Positions 47,950 through 57,259 of a DNA stretch of 64,000 bases are shown one piece after another (within the stretch, counting starts at the first letter, position 1; each line of letters opens with the position of its first letter). The translations under genes were made by a program, and so were the position numbers. The stretch is from Myxococcota bacterium (GTDB taxonomy: Bacteria; Myxococcota_A; UBA796; CAJQPC01). The stretch spans positions 86,447-150,446 of the forward strand of contig JAZAMN010000049.1 in NCBI GenBank assembly GCA_036229005.1. Reading direction: 5' to 3'. The notes under the pieces are model-generated. The model saw only the letters and a list, made by a program, of their open reading frames with translations. It was not told the DNA's origin and did no database searches.

Positions 47950-49452
47950 ATGCGCTCCCTCCCCCTGATCCCCCTCCTGGTCACCCTGGCCTGCACCGGA
48001 GACAGCGAAGACACCGCGGTCCCCCACCAGCCGGACGACCCCTCGGCGATGCCTGCGCTGCGGGGCCCCGGCGGACCGACCGCGACCTTCACCCAAGAGC
48101 AGCTCTGGGAGCACTGCGCCTACCTCTCCGGCTGGGAGGAGGAGGAGGCCTGGCACCACAACGAGGTGATGCCCTACCGCGGCCACCTGGTGCTGCCCTG
48201 GGCCCCCGAGTACGGGCGCGGCGGCCTGAGCTTCTTCGAGATGGAGGACCCCTGCGCGCCGGTCAAGGTCGGCGAGGGCTTTGATCCCTACATGCGCGAG
48301 ACCCACTCCACCGGGTTCGTGCACCTGCGCGAGGGCGATCCGCACGCCGGCGACTACGCCGTGGTGACCGGCAACCTGGGCGTGCTGATCTGGGACATCA
48401 CCGACGTCGAGAGCCCCACGGTCGCCTCCTACACGAAGCTGGAGGGCGTGTTCTACCCGGACGCCTACGCCCGCCCGGTGCTCTCCGTGTTCTGGCAGTA
48501 CCCGCTGCTCTACGTGGCCGGCGCCGACAACGGCATCTACATCCTGGACGCCACCGATCCCACCGCCCCCGAGCTGCTCTCGCAGTACACCTGGGACCCC
48601 GTCCTGCGCGCGGCCGGCGTGTTCGTGATGGGCAACACCCTGCTGGTCCACAGCGCCGAGAACTCCCGCGTGGCGCTCATGGACGTGTCCGACCCCACGG
48701 CCCCCCAGCCCATCGGCGGCGGCGACTTCGACATCGTCGACAGCGACGGCCAGCCCCGCGAGGCCTACCACGCCAACGTCTCCGGCGATCTGGCCTTCTT
48801 CGCCCGCAAGGAGGGCGGCGGCGGGCTCTTTGTCTACGACTGGAGCGATCCGAGCGCCCCCACCAAGGTCGGCGACGTGTTCTCCGAGGGAGGCAACGGC
48901 GGCTACGTGTTCTACGACGAGGGCTACGCCTTCGTGGGCGAGTCGCACTGGGCCAAGGTCTACGACCTGCGCGATCTGGACAACATCGTCGAGGTGGGCA
49001 CCGGGAACCTGACCGGCGACCTGGACACCCTCACCCCCTGGGGAAACGTGGCCATCCTGAGCGTGGACGCCGACGCCGTGGCCGGCCAGGCCAGCGCGGT
49101 CATGCCCTGGACCCTGGAGCCCGACACCGCCGCCCCCCAGGTCCTGCGCATCGAGCCCGCGGATGGCGCCACCGGCCAGTCCACCGGCACCCGCGTGGGC
49201 GTCGGGTTCAACGAGATGATCGAGCCCTCCAGCGTGTTCTCCGGCTCCATCACCCTCCAGGCCGAGGGCGGCGACTTCGTGGACGGCTGGGGCTCGGTCA
49301 CCGAGAACATCGCCAGCTTCCACCCCAAGGAGCCCCTGGCCCCGGGCACCACCTACGTGGTCACCGTCCACGAAGGCGGCATCGAGGACATCAACGGCAA
49401 CAAGGTAGCCCTCCAGACCACCAGCACCTTCACCACCGCCGGGGCCCGCTGA
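47950..49452 (+). CDS. LVIVD-repeat beta-propeller lipoprotein with a C-terminal Ig-like (Big_5-type) domain
   Basis: MRSLPLIPLLVTLAC lipobox; repeats GVLIWDITDVESP, GIYILDATDPTAP, VALMDVSDPTAP, LFVYDWSDPSAP; C-terminal DTAAPQV...P.DGATG..VGFNE...P...L.PGTTY.V. Confidence 0.82.
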   Translation: MRSLPLIPLLVTLACTGDSEDTAVPHQPDDPSAMPALRGPGGPTATFTQEQLWEHCAYLSGWEEEEAWHHNEVMPYRGHLVLPWAPEYGRGGLSFFEMEDPCAPVKVGEGFDPYMRETHSTGFVHLREGDPHAGDYAVVTGNLGVLIWDITDVESPTVASYTKLEGVFYPDAYARPVLSVFWQYPLLYVAGADNGIYILDATDPTAPELLSQYTWDPVLRAAGVFVMGNTLLVHSAENSRVALMDVSDPTAPQPIGGGDFDIVDSDGQPREAYHANVSGDLAFFARKEGGGGLFVYDWSDPSAPTKVGDVFSEGGNGGYVFYDEGYAFVGESHWAKVYDLRDLDNIVEVGTGNLTGDLDTLTPWGNVAILSVDADAVAGQASAVMPWTLEPDTAAPQVLRIEPADGATGQSTGTRVGVGFNEMIEPSSVFSGSITLQAEGGDFVDGWGSVTENIASFHPKEPLAPGTTYVVTVHEGGIEDINGNKVALQTTSTFTTAGAR

Positions 49453-51443
49453 TGCTCCTGCTGCTGCTGGCCTGCCAGGGCACGCCCCAGGACTCCGGGT
49501 CCCCCACCCTGTCGCCGCCCCAGGTGGTGCTCGGGGACGCCCTCTACGTGGAGCTGGGCCAGCCTGTGACCCTGGACGGCAGCACCTCGACTGGGGTGGC
49601 CTTTGTCTGGTACCCGGGCGATGGCACCCAGCAGGCCGGAGCGGTGGTCCAACACAGCTATGAGCACCCAGGCCTCTACACCGCCGTCCTCAGCGTTACC
49701 GGACAGGACGGGAGCACGCGCAGCGACTCGATCCGCGTCAGCGTGCACCTGCCTCTGGCCCAGACCGCGCCCACCCGCTCGGGCATGATGCAGGTCCAGG
49801 ACGGCCTGGCCTACGTCGTCATCCCCGAGGCCGACCAGCTCTCGATCGTGGACCTGGAGAGCGGGCAGGTGCAGGAGGAGGAGGTCTGTGAGCACCCCAA
49901 CTCCGTGGCCCACCACCAGGGCTCCACAGCGGTCGCCTGCGAGTCCGAACTCTGGGTCGACGGCGAGGTCACCCTGCTGCCGACCGGCGCCCACGCCAAG
50001 GCGGTGCTCGCCTACCAAGGCGGCTGGCTCATCGCCGCGCAGGGCCTGAACCAGGTGCTGTTCTTCGACGGCGGGCTCTCGGTGTTCGCGGAGGTTCCGG
50101 ACCCTGGTGGCCTCGCTTGGGCCGGGGATCGTGTCGTGGTGGGCCGGTTCCGGGCGGCCCAGGACCGCGGGAGTCTGTGGGTGATCCAGGAGGGGGAGGC
50201 CACCGAGATCCCCCTCCCCCTGGACGACGAACCGGACTCGGACACCACGACCGGCGGGGTCCCCAACCTGATCGAGCAGCTCTGCCCCAGCCCCGATGGC
50301 GACTGGGTGTACGTGCCTGCGCTTCACTCGAACAGCCGGCGGGGGCCCTACCTGAGCGGGGAGTCCCTCACCCACGAGACCGCCGTGGTGGCCGTGCTGG
50401 GAATGGTGGATCTGGGCGCCGGCGAGGACACCGAGCGCCGCAAGCAGTTCGACGACAAGGGGCGCTCCATCGCGGCGGCGAGCTCCTGGGACGGCAACCT
50501 GCTCTACGTGCTGCACCCGGGCACCCAGTCGGTGAGCGTGCTGGACGTGTGGTCGGGCAACCAGGCGGGCAGCATCCAGGACATCGGGCGCGGCGCACGG
50601 GATCTGTGGGTGGCCGGCGAGCGCCTCTACGTCTACGCCTGGCTGGACCGGGAGCTGCGGGTCTACGACCTCTCGGTGAGCGGGCAGCCTCCCTTGGTGG
50701 CGCAGCACGCGGTGCTCAGCCAGGAGCCTCTGGACGCCACCGTGCTGGCGGGCAAGCGCCTGTTCTGGGACAGCCGGGACACGCGGATCACGCGCAGTGG
50801 GTATCTGGCCTGCACGCACTGTCATCCAGACGGGCGGGAGGATGGACGCACATGGGACTTCACCGACCGGGGCGAGGGCCTGCGCAACACCACCAGCCTG
50901 GAGGGGCGCGCCGGCGAGGCCATGGGTCCGATGCACTGGACAGGCAACTTTGACGAGGTCCAGGACTTCGAGAACGACATGCGCCTGCACTTTGGGGGCA
51001 CCGGGCTGCTCTCCGAGGAGGACTGGGCCGAGTGCTCAGACGCGCTGGGCGAGCCCAAGGAGGGCCGCAGCGAGGACCTGGATGCGCTGGCGGCCTACGT
51101 GCGCAGCTTGGATGCCACGCCGGAGAGCCCCTTTGGGCAGCCCGAGGGTGGGGAGGCGCTGTTTGAGGCCTCGGGGTGTGCGAGCTGCCACCCGGCCCCG
51201 CTCTACACCGACTCCGCGCTGGATGTGCGCCACGATGTGGGCACCCTGAGCGAGGGCAGCGGCATGCGGCGGGACGGGCCCATTGACGGGCTGGACACCC
51301 CCACGCTGCTGGGCGCCTGGGACACCGCTCCGTATCTGCACGATGGGTCGGCGGAGACCGTGGATGCGGCGATCGCGGTGCACAATCCGGGACTGGATGC
51401 CGAGACGGTGGCGGAGCTGGCGGGGTTCGTGCGGGGGCTGTGA
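49452..51443 (+). CDS. PKD + YVTN-like propeller + di-heme cytochrome c peroxidase/MauG-like lipoprotein
   Basis: MLLLLLAC; PKD-like W.PGDG...HSY..PG.YT; CTHCH and CASCH; RNTTSL, HWTG, DTPTLLG, TAPYLHDGS. Confidence 0.85.
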   Translation: MLLLLLACQGTPQDSGSPTLSPPQVVLGDALYVELGQPVTLDGSTSTGVAFVWYPGDGTQQAGAVVQHSYEHPGLYTAVLSVTGQDGSTRSDSIRVSVHLPLAQTAPTRSGMMQVQDGLAYVVIPEADQLSIVDLESGQVQEEEVCEHPNSVAHHQGSTAVACESELWVDGEVTLLPTGAHAKAVLAYQGGWLIAAQGLNQVLFFDGGLSVFAEVPDPGGLAWAGDRVVVGRFRAAQDRGSLWVIQEGEATEIPLPLDDEPDSDTTTGGVPNLIEQLCPSPDGDWVYVPALHSNSRRGPYLSGESLTHETAVVAVLGMVDLGAGEDTERRKQFDDKGRSIAAASSWDGNLLYVLHPGTQSVSVLDVWSGNQAGSIQDIGRGARDLWVAGERLYVYAWLDRELRVYDLSVSGQPPLVAQHAVLSQEPLDATVLAGKRLFWDSRDTRITRSGYLACTHCHPDGREDGRTWDFTDRGEGLRNTTSLEGRAGEAMGPMHWTGNFDEVQDFENDMRLHFGGTGLLSEEDWAECSDALGEPKEGRSEDLDALAAYVRSLDATPESPFGQPEGGEALFEASGCASCHPAPLYTDSALDVRHDVGTLSEGSGMRRDGPIDGLDTPTLLGAWDTAPYLHDGSAETVDAAIAVHNPGLDAETVAELAGFVRGL

Positions 51444-51446
51444 GGG

Positions 51447-52004
51447 TCAGTCTGCCGGGGGCCAGTCGGAATCAGGGCCACCGAGGGTGCGGGTCTTGAA
51501 GTGGATCTGCAGCGGGCCGGAGTACTGGGCGGCCCTCCAGCTTGAGACCTTGCCCTGCGCGCAGTCGGCGAGCTCGGGGTGGGAGCTCTCCAGGAGCTCG
51601 ACCTGGGTGACGCGGCCATCCTGGAGCGTGGCCGCGAGGTGAATGGACGCCTCGGCCCCGGGGGGCAGCTGGAGCAAGCCGCAGTAGCGGAGCTGCCCCT
51701 GGTACTTGTGGAGCGATGGGACGTCGGGCTCGAGGGTGAGCGTGGAGTCACCCAGTTCGGTGCGGGGGGCGACCGGTGGGCATCCTGGGGCGTTCTGGAC
51801 GGCGCCCTGCAGGTGGGGCCTCGCAAGGCCCTCGCAGCGCCCGCGGGTGTCCGGGTCGGCGATGGCCGCGCAGAGCTGAGTGGACTCTGGGCAGCGTTCG
51901 CGGACCAGGGCGTGGACATGGGCGTCTGCGGACTCGGAGCCGGGCACCTGGGGAGGCGTCGACTCCGAGCCACAGGCGGCCAGGAGGAAGGGAGGCCAGA
52001 GCAT
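51447..52004 (-). CDS. Lipoprotein with an AgmX/PglI (TonB-C-like) C-terminal domain
   Basis: MLWPPFLLAAC; QLRYC...G.......DGRV..V....SS..ELADC....V..W pattern of myxobacterial TonB-C-like domains; ATG overlaps the upstream TGA. Confidence 0.55.
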   Translation of the reverse strand: MLWPPFLLAACGSESTPPQVPGSESADAHVHALVRERCPESTQLCAAIADPDTRGRCEGLARPHLQGAVQNAPGCPPVAPRTELGDSTLTLEPDVPSLHKYQGQLRYCGLLQLPPGAEASIHLAATLQDGRVTQVELLESSHPELADCAQGKVSSWRAAQYSGPLQIHFKTRTLGGPDSDWPPAD

Positions 52005-53992
52005 CAGTCCGCGCAGATCGACGCGCCCCAGGAGACGGTGTTGTTGGTCTCGACGCACTCGTCCAGGACACCGTCGCCGCCGTCGAAGGAGCTGCCTCCG
52101 TCGATGAGGACCTCCAGGTCCAGGAGCTCCAGATCGCCCAGGTCCTTCAGGACGATGCGCCGGCTGGCCGTCCGCTCTCCGGCGGGCAGGGACTCCACGG
52201 GCTCGCGCGCCAGGAGGATGTTGCCGGTGGGCGTGACGCCGTAGATCAGCAGCTCGGTCGCTTTGGGGAGGTCCGCGTGGCCGTGGTTGGTCGCCGCGAC
52301 CCAGAGCTCGATGCGGCCCTGCTCACACTCGACCTCACACAGATCGTCGATCACAATGCTCAGGTCGGGTTTCGCGGGGATGGCGAGGGCCAGCGTCGAG
52401 GTCGTGCTCTGCCCGCGGAAGGTGTTGCTGTCCAGCCAAGGCCGGTGGGCGGCGGTGGGGATGCTGCCGTCGGGGTTGACCCCGCTCTCGGAGAACGCGT
52501 GCTGGTTCCAGATGCGGCCGCCCGCGGCCCAGTTGTCGTTCTTGGCCTCCACGACCGTGATCCCCGACTGGAAGCCAGCGCCCACGCCGATGTCGTGGTT
52601 GGTGTAGACGATCTCGATCTGTCCGTCCCCGTCCACATCCGCGACCACCGGCTGCAGGATGCTGCTGCCCGACTTGTGCGGGAAGCCGCGCATCTCCGTG
52701 GCGCCGTCAGGGCCCGCGAACACGTGCAGGTCCACAAAGTCCGCGACCACGACCTCGAACACCCCGTCCCCTGCGAAGTCGGTCGCTGCCGCGCTCGCGG
52801 TCCCGGGGCAGTAGTCGTAGACGGCGCTGCTCCAGAGCTGGGAGCAGTCCGATTCATAGACGCCGAAGAGGTTGGTGAATGTGACCCCAACCTCGGGCAC
52901 ACCGTCTCCATCGAAGTCCGCGATCACAGGGGGACCACCTGCGCCGTAAGCCGAGGGCAGGCTGGCGGTGCACAGCACGTTCCCGCCGTGATCCTGGATG
53001 CGGAGCTCGTTGATGGCGGAGACCGCCATCTCCCCATCACCGTCCAGATCGAAGTCCGCGACCGCGACGTAGCCGTCGTCCTCGCCGTTGCTCCAGAGGG
53101 TGTCCCCGTCGATGTCGTAGGCGGCGTTTCCGACCAGGACCTCCTCGGTCCCGTCACCGTTCAGGTCGGCCACCACGGAGGCCGTTGCGGCGTAGCGCAT
53201 GAGCCCGCCCCCCCAGTCGAGGTTCTTGCCCCCCAGCCCCTCCTCTCCGAGGCCGAGGATGTTCCCTTCTGCGTCCAGGATGGCGGCACCGACGACGACC
53301 TCGGGGCTGCCGTCTCCGTCCATGTCGGAGATGGAGACGCTGTTGGCCCGCATGGACATGTAGTCGTCCAGCTCGTCGTTCTCCCACTTGAAGGTTCCGT
53401 CGTGCTCGACGCAGGCCACCCCCAGGGCGCTGGGGCCGCAGATCTCCACCCAGCCGTCCCCGTCGATGTCCGCGGCGGCGAGGTTCCCGTTGTACTCGAA
53501 GGCGTCCCAGGACGCGGTCCAGATCTCGGCGCCGGTGTCGCCCCGGACGGCCCGGAGCTTTCCGCTCTCGGTGAGGCCGGTCCCATCGAGGCGGGCGTCG
53601 GTGGTCACCGCCACGATCGCCGGGACATCCCGCTCGTCGGCGACCCCGTCCCCGTTGTCATCGACCAGGGGCACCACGATGGGGCTGGAGGAGACCCTGC
53701 TGAAGTCCGAGTCGGTGGTCCACAAGGCGCGGCTCCAGAGGACCTGGCCGTCGTAGTCGAAGGCGTCAGCGGGGACCAGGGCGCAGCTCTCGTCGAGCTC
53801 CACGGCCCCAGCGAGGGGTCCCTCCTCCGCGCACAAGGGCTCCGGCGCCGTCAGCTCCGGCACCGTCGGGTCCTGGCCCGTGAGGCCGGGACCCTGGTCC
53901 TGCAACCCCGTGTCGTCTGCGCCCCCGATGGTCTCGGCGGCGCCTGATATCCCTGTCTCCAGGCACCCACTCAACATGATGAGCATCATCAT
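52004..53992 (-). CDS. FG-GAP/VCBS beta-propeller lipoprotein with a C-terminal CARDB-like domain
   Basis: AAGGAGAGG SD, MMMLIMLSGC; repeated ADxDGDG..E motifs; RIWNQHAF; PDL...; ECVETNN. Confidence 0.85.
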   Translation of the reverse strand: MMMLIMLSGCLETGISGAAETIGGADDTGLQDQGPGLTGQDPTVPELTAPEPLCAEEGPLAGAVELDESCALVPADAFDYDGQVLWSRALWTTDSDFSRVSSSPIVVPLVDDNGDGVADERDVPAIVAVTTDARLDGTGLTESGKLRAVRGDTGAEIWTASWDAFEYNGNLAAADIDGDGWVEICGPSALGVACVEHDGTFKWENDELDDYMSMRANSVSISDMDGDGSPEVVVGAAILDAEGNILGLGEEGLGGKNLDWGGGLMRYAATASVVADLNGDGTEEVLVGNAAYDIDGDTLWSNGEDDGYVAVADFDLDGDGEMAVSAINELRIQDHGGNVLCTASLPSAYGAGGPPVIADFDGDGVPEVGVTFTNLFGVYESDCSQLWSSAVYDYCPGTASAAATDFAGDGVFEVVVADFVDLHVFAGPDGATEMRGFPHKSGSSILQPVVADVDGDGQIEIVYTNHDIGVGAGFQSGITVVEAKNDNWAAGGRIWNQHAFSESGVNPDGSIPTAAHRPWLDSNTFRGQSTTSTLALAIPAKPDLSIVIDDLCEVECEQGRIELWVAATNHGHADLPKATELLIYGVTPTGNILLAREPVESLPAGERTASRRIVLKDLGDLELLDLEVLIDGGSSFDGGDGVLDECVETNNTVSWGASICAD

Positions 53993-54084
53993 GGTCCTCT
54001 CCTTGCTGGTCGGGACCAATGTAGCTGATGCTGCGGGATCTGCTGGGTTGAACCGAGATTCTGTATGGGATGGGTAGGATCGGG

Positions 54085-54296
54085 GGGCAGGGCCGAGTTG
54101 CCCACCGGCCCGACGCGCGCCCGGAGGCCAAAGCCTGCGACCAAAGGAGCGTCGGGCCCTGCCCGGCGCGACGACGTGCAGGCTTTGGTCTCCGCGGCTG
54201 TGCGCGCCAAAGGGCCGCGCAAGGGGGGTGGTGGATTCCCGGAATCCACCAGGGGGAACGCGAGTTCCCCCCAAAAACAAAGCGAGTTCCCCCCAA
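54085..54296. repeat. Cluster of inverted and direct repeats (structured non-coding element, REP/MITE-like or cis-regulatory RNA)
   Basis: Stems 54123-138/54178-193, 54107-116/54149-158, 54085-094/54155-164; palindrome 54230-250; hairpin 54252-271; direct repeat GCGAGTTCCCCCCAA at 54260 and 54282. Confidence 0.6.
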
Positions 54297-54830
54297 CTAA
54301 TGCACCGTGGGTGTATTTCTCCGCACGTTCAGCGCGAGCTGCTCTACCCGCCCGCGACTCCACCAGCCGCCCAGCCCGCCGGGCCGCGGCCACCCCTCCT
54401 CGGCGGAGCGCAGGCGGGCCGGAAGCTCGGGGACGAGCTGCTGCTCCCGCAGGATGCGCTGCGCGCTCCACCAGCGACAGTCCGGCCACTCCACGAACAC
54501 CACCAGCGCGGGGACGCTCTTCTCGGCTCGGGGGCTCAAGCGCAGCCCCAGCACGCCCACGAGCGCGATGGCCTCGACGTCGGGCTCAAGCCTTGTGCAG
54601 GCAGCAAGGAAACGGTGGGTGTCGGCGGTGGACCGCTGAACCGGGAGCAGATCGATCTGCAGGACCTCCTGGGGACGAAGGACCAGAGCCGCCGGGCGCG
54701 GGAGCTTGCCGTCCTGCACCCGGTCGCTGACCAGGGAGAGCAGCGACTGCCCCAAGGGCTCTCCCTCGCTGGGAAAGCGCGTGAAGTCTCGGGGGCCGGC
54801 GTTGATGCGGGTGCGCAGGGTGAAGGGCAT
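54297..54830 (-). CDS. Hypothetical protein
   Basis: 177-aa ORF with globular composition (VEAIALVGVL, LVVFVEWPDCRWW), collinear downstream of tsaC. Confidence 0.65.
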   Translation of the reverse strand: MPFTLRTRINAGPRDFTRFPSEGEPLGQSLLSLVSDRVQDGKLPRPAALVLRPQEVLQIDLLPVQRSTADTHRFLAACTRLEPDVEAIALVGVLGLRLSPRAEKSVPALVVFVEWPDCRWWSAQRILREQQLVPELPARLRSAEEGWPRPGGLGGWWSRGRVEQLALNVRRNTPTVH

Positions 54831-54831
54831 G

Positions 54832-54876
54832 GGGCCTGTGACGAGAGGGCCTATGACGAGAGGGCCTGTGACTAAG
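54832..54876. repeat. Tandem 15-bp repeat x3
   Basis: GGGCCTGTGACGAGA / GGGCCTATGACGAGA / GGGCCTGTGACTAAG. Confidence 0.85.
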
Positions 54877-55441
54877 AGGCCGAGGGCTGACGCGCCGCCA
54901 ACAGCTCGCGGACACGCTCAGCCTGCGCGCCGGCTCGGAGGATGACCCCCGCGTCCCAGTCCACCAGGGTGCTGGGGGGGCGCTCGGGGAGCACGCCCTG
55001 ATCGATGACCGCGTCCACCGGGAAGGGGCAGGCCCCGGGGTCCCGCAGCGGAGGCTCGCCGTGCAGGTTGGCGGAGGTAGAAGTGATGGGGCCCACAGCC
55101 GCGATCAGCGCCTGCGCGTCGGGGTCCGGGTCCCAGCGAACGGCCACGCGGCCATCGGGCCCCAGGTTCGCGCTCGATACCGGAACATCCAGGACATCGG
55201 GGGAAACGAGCACGGTCACGGGGCCGGGCCACACAGCCTCCAGCCCCTTGCCAGCGAGCCCCGCGGGCATGCGGTCCACCAACACAATGAGCGGCCCCAC
55301 CGGACGCTGCTTGATGCGCGCGATCCGGTGGTTGCTCTCGGTGTCAGCGGCCCGCCCACTCAGGCCGTACAGCGTGCTGGTCGGGACCAGCGCCACACCG
55401 GCCGGAGCGCGCAGGGCTGCGATGGCCTGCTCCAGGCTCAC
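54872..55441 (-). CDS. tsaC: L-threonylcarbamoyladenylate synthase (Sua5/YrdC)
   Basis: PTSTLYGL, KQRP..PL, WPGPVT, TSTSANLHG, PSTLV, ILRAGA. Confidence 0.88.
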   Translation of the reverse strand: MSLEQAIAALRAPAGVALVPTSTLYGLSGRAADTESNHRIARIKQRPVGPLIVLVDRMPAGLAGKGLEAVWPGPVTVLVSPDVLDVPVSSANLGPDGRVAVRWDPDPDAQALIAAVGPITSTSANLHGEPPLRDPGACPFPVDAVIDQGVLPERPPSTLVDWDAGVILRAGAQAERVRELLAARQPSAS

Positions 55442-55923
55442 CGGCTGCGCACGGCCTCGTCGTCGGCGAGCACCTTGTCGTGCATGGCCTGCTTGGCGGT
55501 GGCCATGCGCGCGCGCAGAGCGTCATCACTCAGGGCCAGCATGCGGCCGGCCAGCCAGGCGGCGTTCTTGGCGCCAGCCTTGCCGACAGCAACGGTGGCA
55601 ACGGGCACTCCGGGGGGCATCTGGACGGTGGACAGCAGGGCGTCCAGGCCCATGAAGGAAGCGCCCACGGGCACGCCGATGACGGGCAGCTCGGAGAGCG
55701 CAGCCATCACGCCGGCCAGGTGGGCGGCCATGCCGGCGCCGGCGATGATCACGCCAAAGCCCCACTCGCGGGCGTTCTTGGCCAGCTCAGCGGCCTCGTC
55801 GGGGGTGCGGTGGGCAGACAGGACGCGGGTCTCGTAGCCGATGCCCAGCTCGGCGAGCACCTGCTCGGCGCCCTCCATCACGGGGAGATCGTTCTTGGAG
55901 CCCATCAGAATCAGTACGCGCAT
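55438..55923 (-). CDS. purE: N5-CAIR mutase
   Basis: MGSKND, SAHRTP, GAGMAAHLAG, PVIGVP, STVQMPPGVPVATV; start ATG 55923. Confidence 0.97.
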   Translation of the reverse strand: MRVLILMGSKNDLPVMEGAEQVLAELGIGYETRVLSAHRTPDEAAELAKNAREWGFGVIIAGAGMAAHLAGVMAALSELPVIGVPVGASFMGLDALLSTVQMPPGVPVATVAVGKAGAKNAAWLAGRMLALSDDALRARMATAKQAMHDKVLADDEAVRSR

Positions 55924-55996
55924 GTGGAAATCCTCTTTGCTGGCTGCTGGCTCGGGAGCCAGACGGTGGGGAATCGAAAGGTGGGGCCTGCGCCCC

Positions 55997-57235
55997 TCAG
56001 AGGGCACGGTATGCGATGTCCGTGCGGAAAGATGCGCCTTGGAACGAGATTGACTCAATGGCCCCATAGGCAGCGTCGCGAGCGGAGCGGATGTCAGCCC
56101 CCAGCGCGGTCACGCCGAGCACCCGCCCGCCGTTTGTGACGACGGCATCGCCCTCCTGACGGGTCCCCGCCTGGAAGACAACCACCCCGTCCTGCTGGGC
56201 CTCAAGCCCCTGGATGGGCAGCCCCTTGGGGTAGCTGCCCGGGTAGCCGTCGCTGACCATCACCACGCAGCAGGCCGCGCCGCTGTGCACCTTGAGCGGG
56301 CGCACCTCCAGGCCCCCCAGGGCGCAAGAGAGCAGCAGCTCGCCCAGGTCCTCGTCCAGCAGCACCATCAGCGGCTGGCACTCAGGGTCGCCAAAGCGCA
56401 CGTTGAACTCCAGCACCTTTGGGCCCTGCTCGGTGAGCATCAGCCCGGCGTAGAGCGTGCCCTGGAAGGGCGTCCCAGCGGCCTTCATGCCGGCCAGCAC
56501 GGGCGCGATGACCTCGCGGGAGACCTGCTCCAGCAGCTCCGGAGTGCCCCGCGGGGCGGGCGCGTAGGCCCCCATTCCGCCAGTGTTCGGGCCCTCGTCG
56601 CGGTCAAAGCGGCGCTTGTGGTCCTGAGCGGGGGGCAGCAGCACGAAGCGCTCTCCGTCACAGAGCGCGAGCACCGAGAGCTCCTCGCCAAGCAGCAGCT
56701 CCTCGACGACAACAGCAGCGCCGTCTTGCGTGGCGCCCATCCCAGTCCCGAAGATGTGGTCGACCGCCTCGTGCGCCTTGGAAGCCTCCTCGCACACAAA
56801 GACCCCCTTCCCCGCAGCCAGGCCGTCCGCCTTGACCACGCAGGGCCCCTGGATCGCCGCGTGCGCAGCCTCCGCGTCGGTGAAGTGCCCGTAGTCCGCC
56901 GTCGGGATTCCGTGGGCCTTCATGAAGTCCTTGGCGAAGGCCTTGGAGGCCTCGAGCTGCGCCGCCGCCGCCACGGGACCGAACACCGGCACGCCGCGCT
57001 CGATGCAGCGGTCCGCCAGCCCCTCGGCCAACGGCGCCTCTGGACCCACGACCACCAGCCCCACGCCAGCCAGATCCGCCTGCTCAGCGACGTCTCCCGC
57101 AGGCAGCTTGCGCGCGCCCTCCGGGAACCCCGGGTTGTCGTGGGTGACCCACAGGCCGCTCACGGTGGGGCTCTGACTCAGCTTCCAGGCCAGGGCCGCC
57201 TCGCGACCACCACCACCAACAACCAGGACCTCCAT
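55997..57235 (-). CDS. purD: Phosphoribosylamine-glycine ligase
   Basis: GGGGREAAL, VVGPEAPL, VVKADGLAAGKGV, GPNTGGMGAY, EFNVRFGDPECQ, TNGGRVL. Confidence 0.97.
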   Translation of the reverse strand: MEVLVVGGGGREAALAWKLSQSPTVSGLWVTHDNPGFPEGARKLPAGDVAEQADLAGVGLVVVGPEAPLAEGLADRCIERGVPVFGPVAAAAQLEASKAFAKDFMKAHGIPTADYGHFTDAEAAHAAIQGPCVVKADGLAAGKGVFVCEEASKAHEAVDHIFGTGMGATQDGAAVVVEELLLGEELSVLALCDGERFVLLPPAQDHKRRFDRDEGPNTGGMGAYAPAPRGTPELLEQVSREVIAPVLAGMKAAGTPFQGTLYAGLMLTEQGPKVLEFNVRFGDPECQPLMVLLDEDLGELLLSCALGGLEVRPLKVHSGAACCVVMVSDGYPGSYPKGLPIQGLEAQQDGVVVFQAGTRQEGDAVVTNGGRVLGVTALGADIRSARDAAYGAIESISFQGASFRTDIAYRAL

Positions 57236-57259
57236 GACGCCTCCAATCGGGAGGCTGGG

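Noticed and set aside
54107..54193. HDV-like ribozyme (GCCGG.GGGCAAC similarity on the minus strand)
   Set aside because: Could not build the required P3/L3/P1.1 and J4/2 elements by eye; left as an unassigned structured region
54260..54296. Direct repeats considered as a mini-CRISPR
   Set aside because: Only two 15-bp copies with a 7-bp spacer and no cas genes in the window
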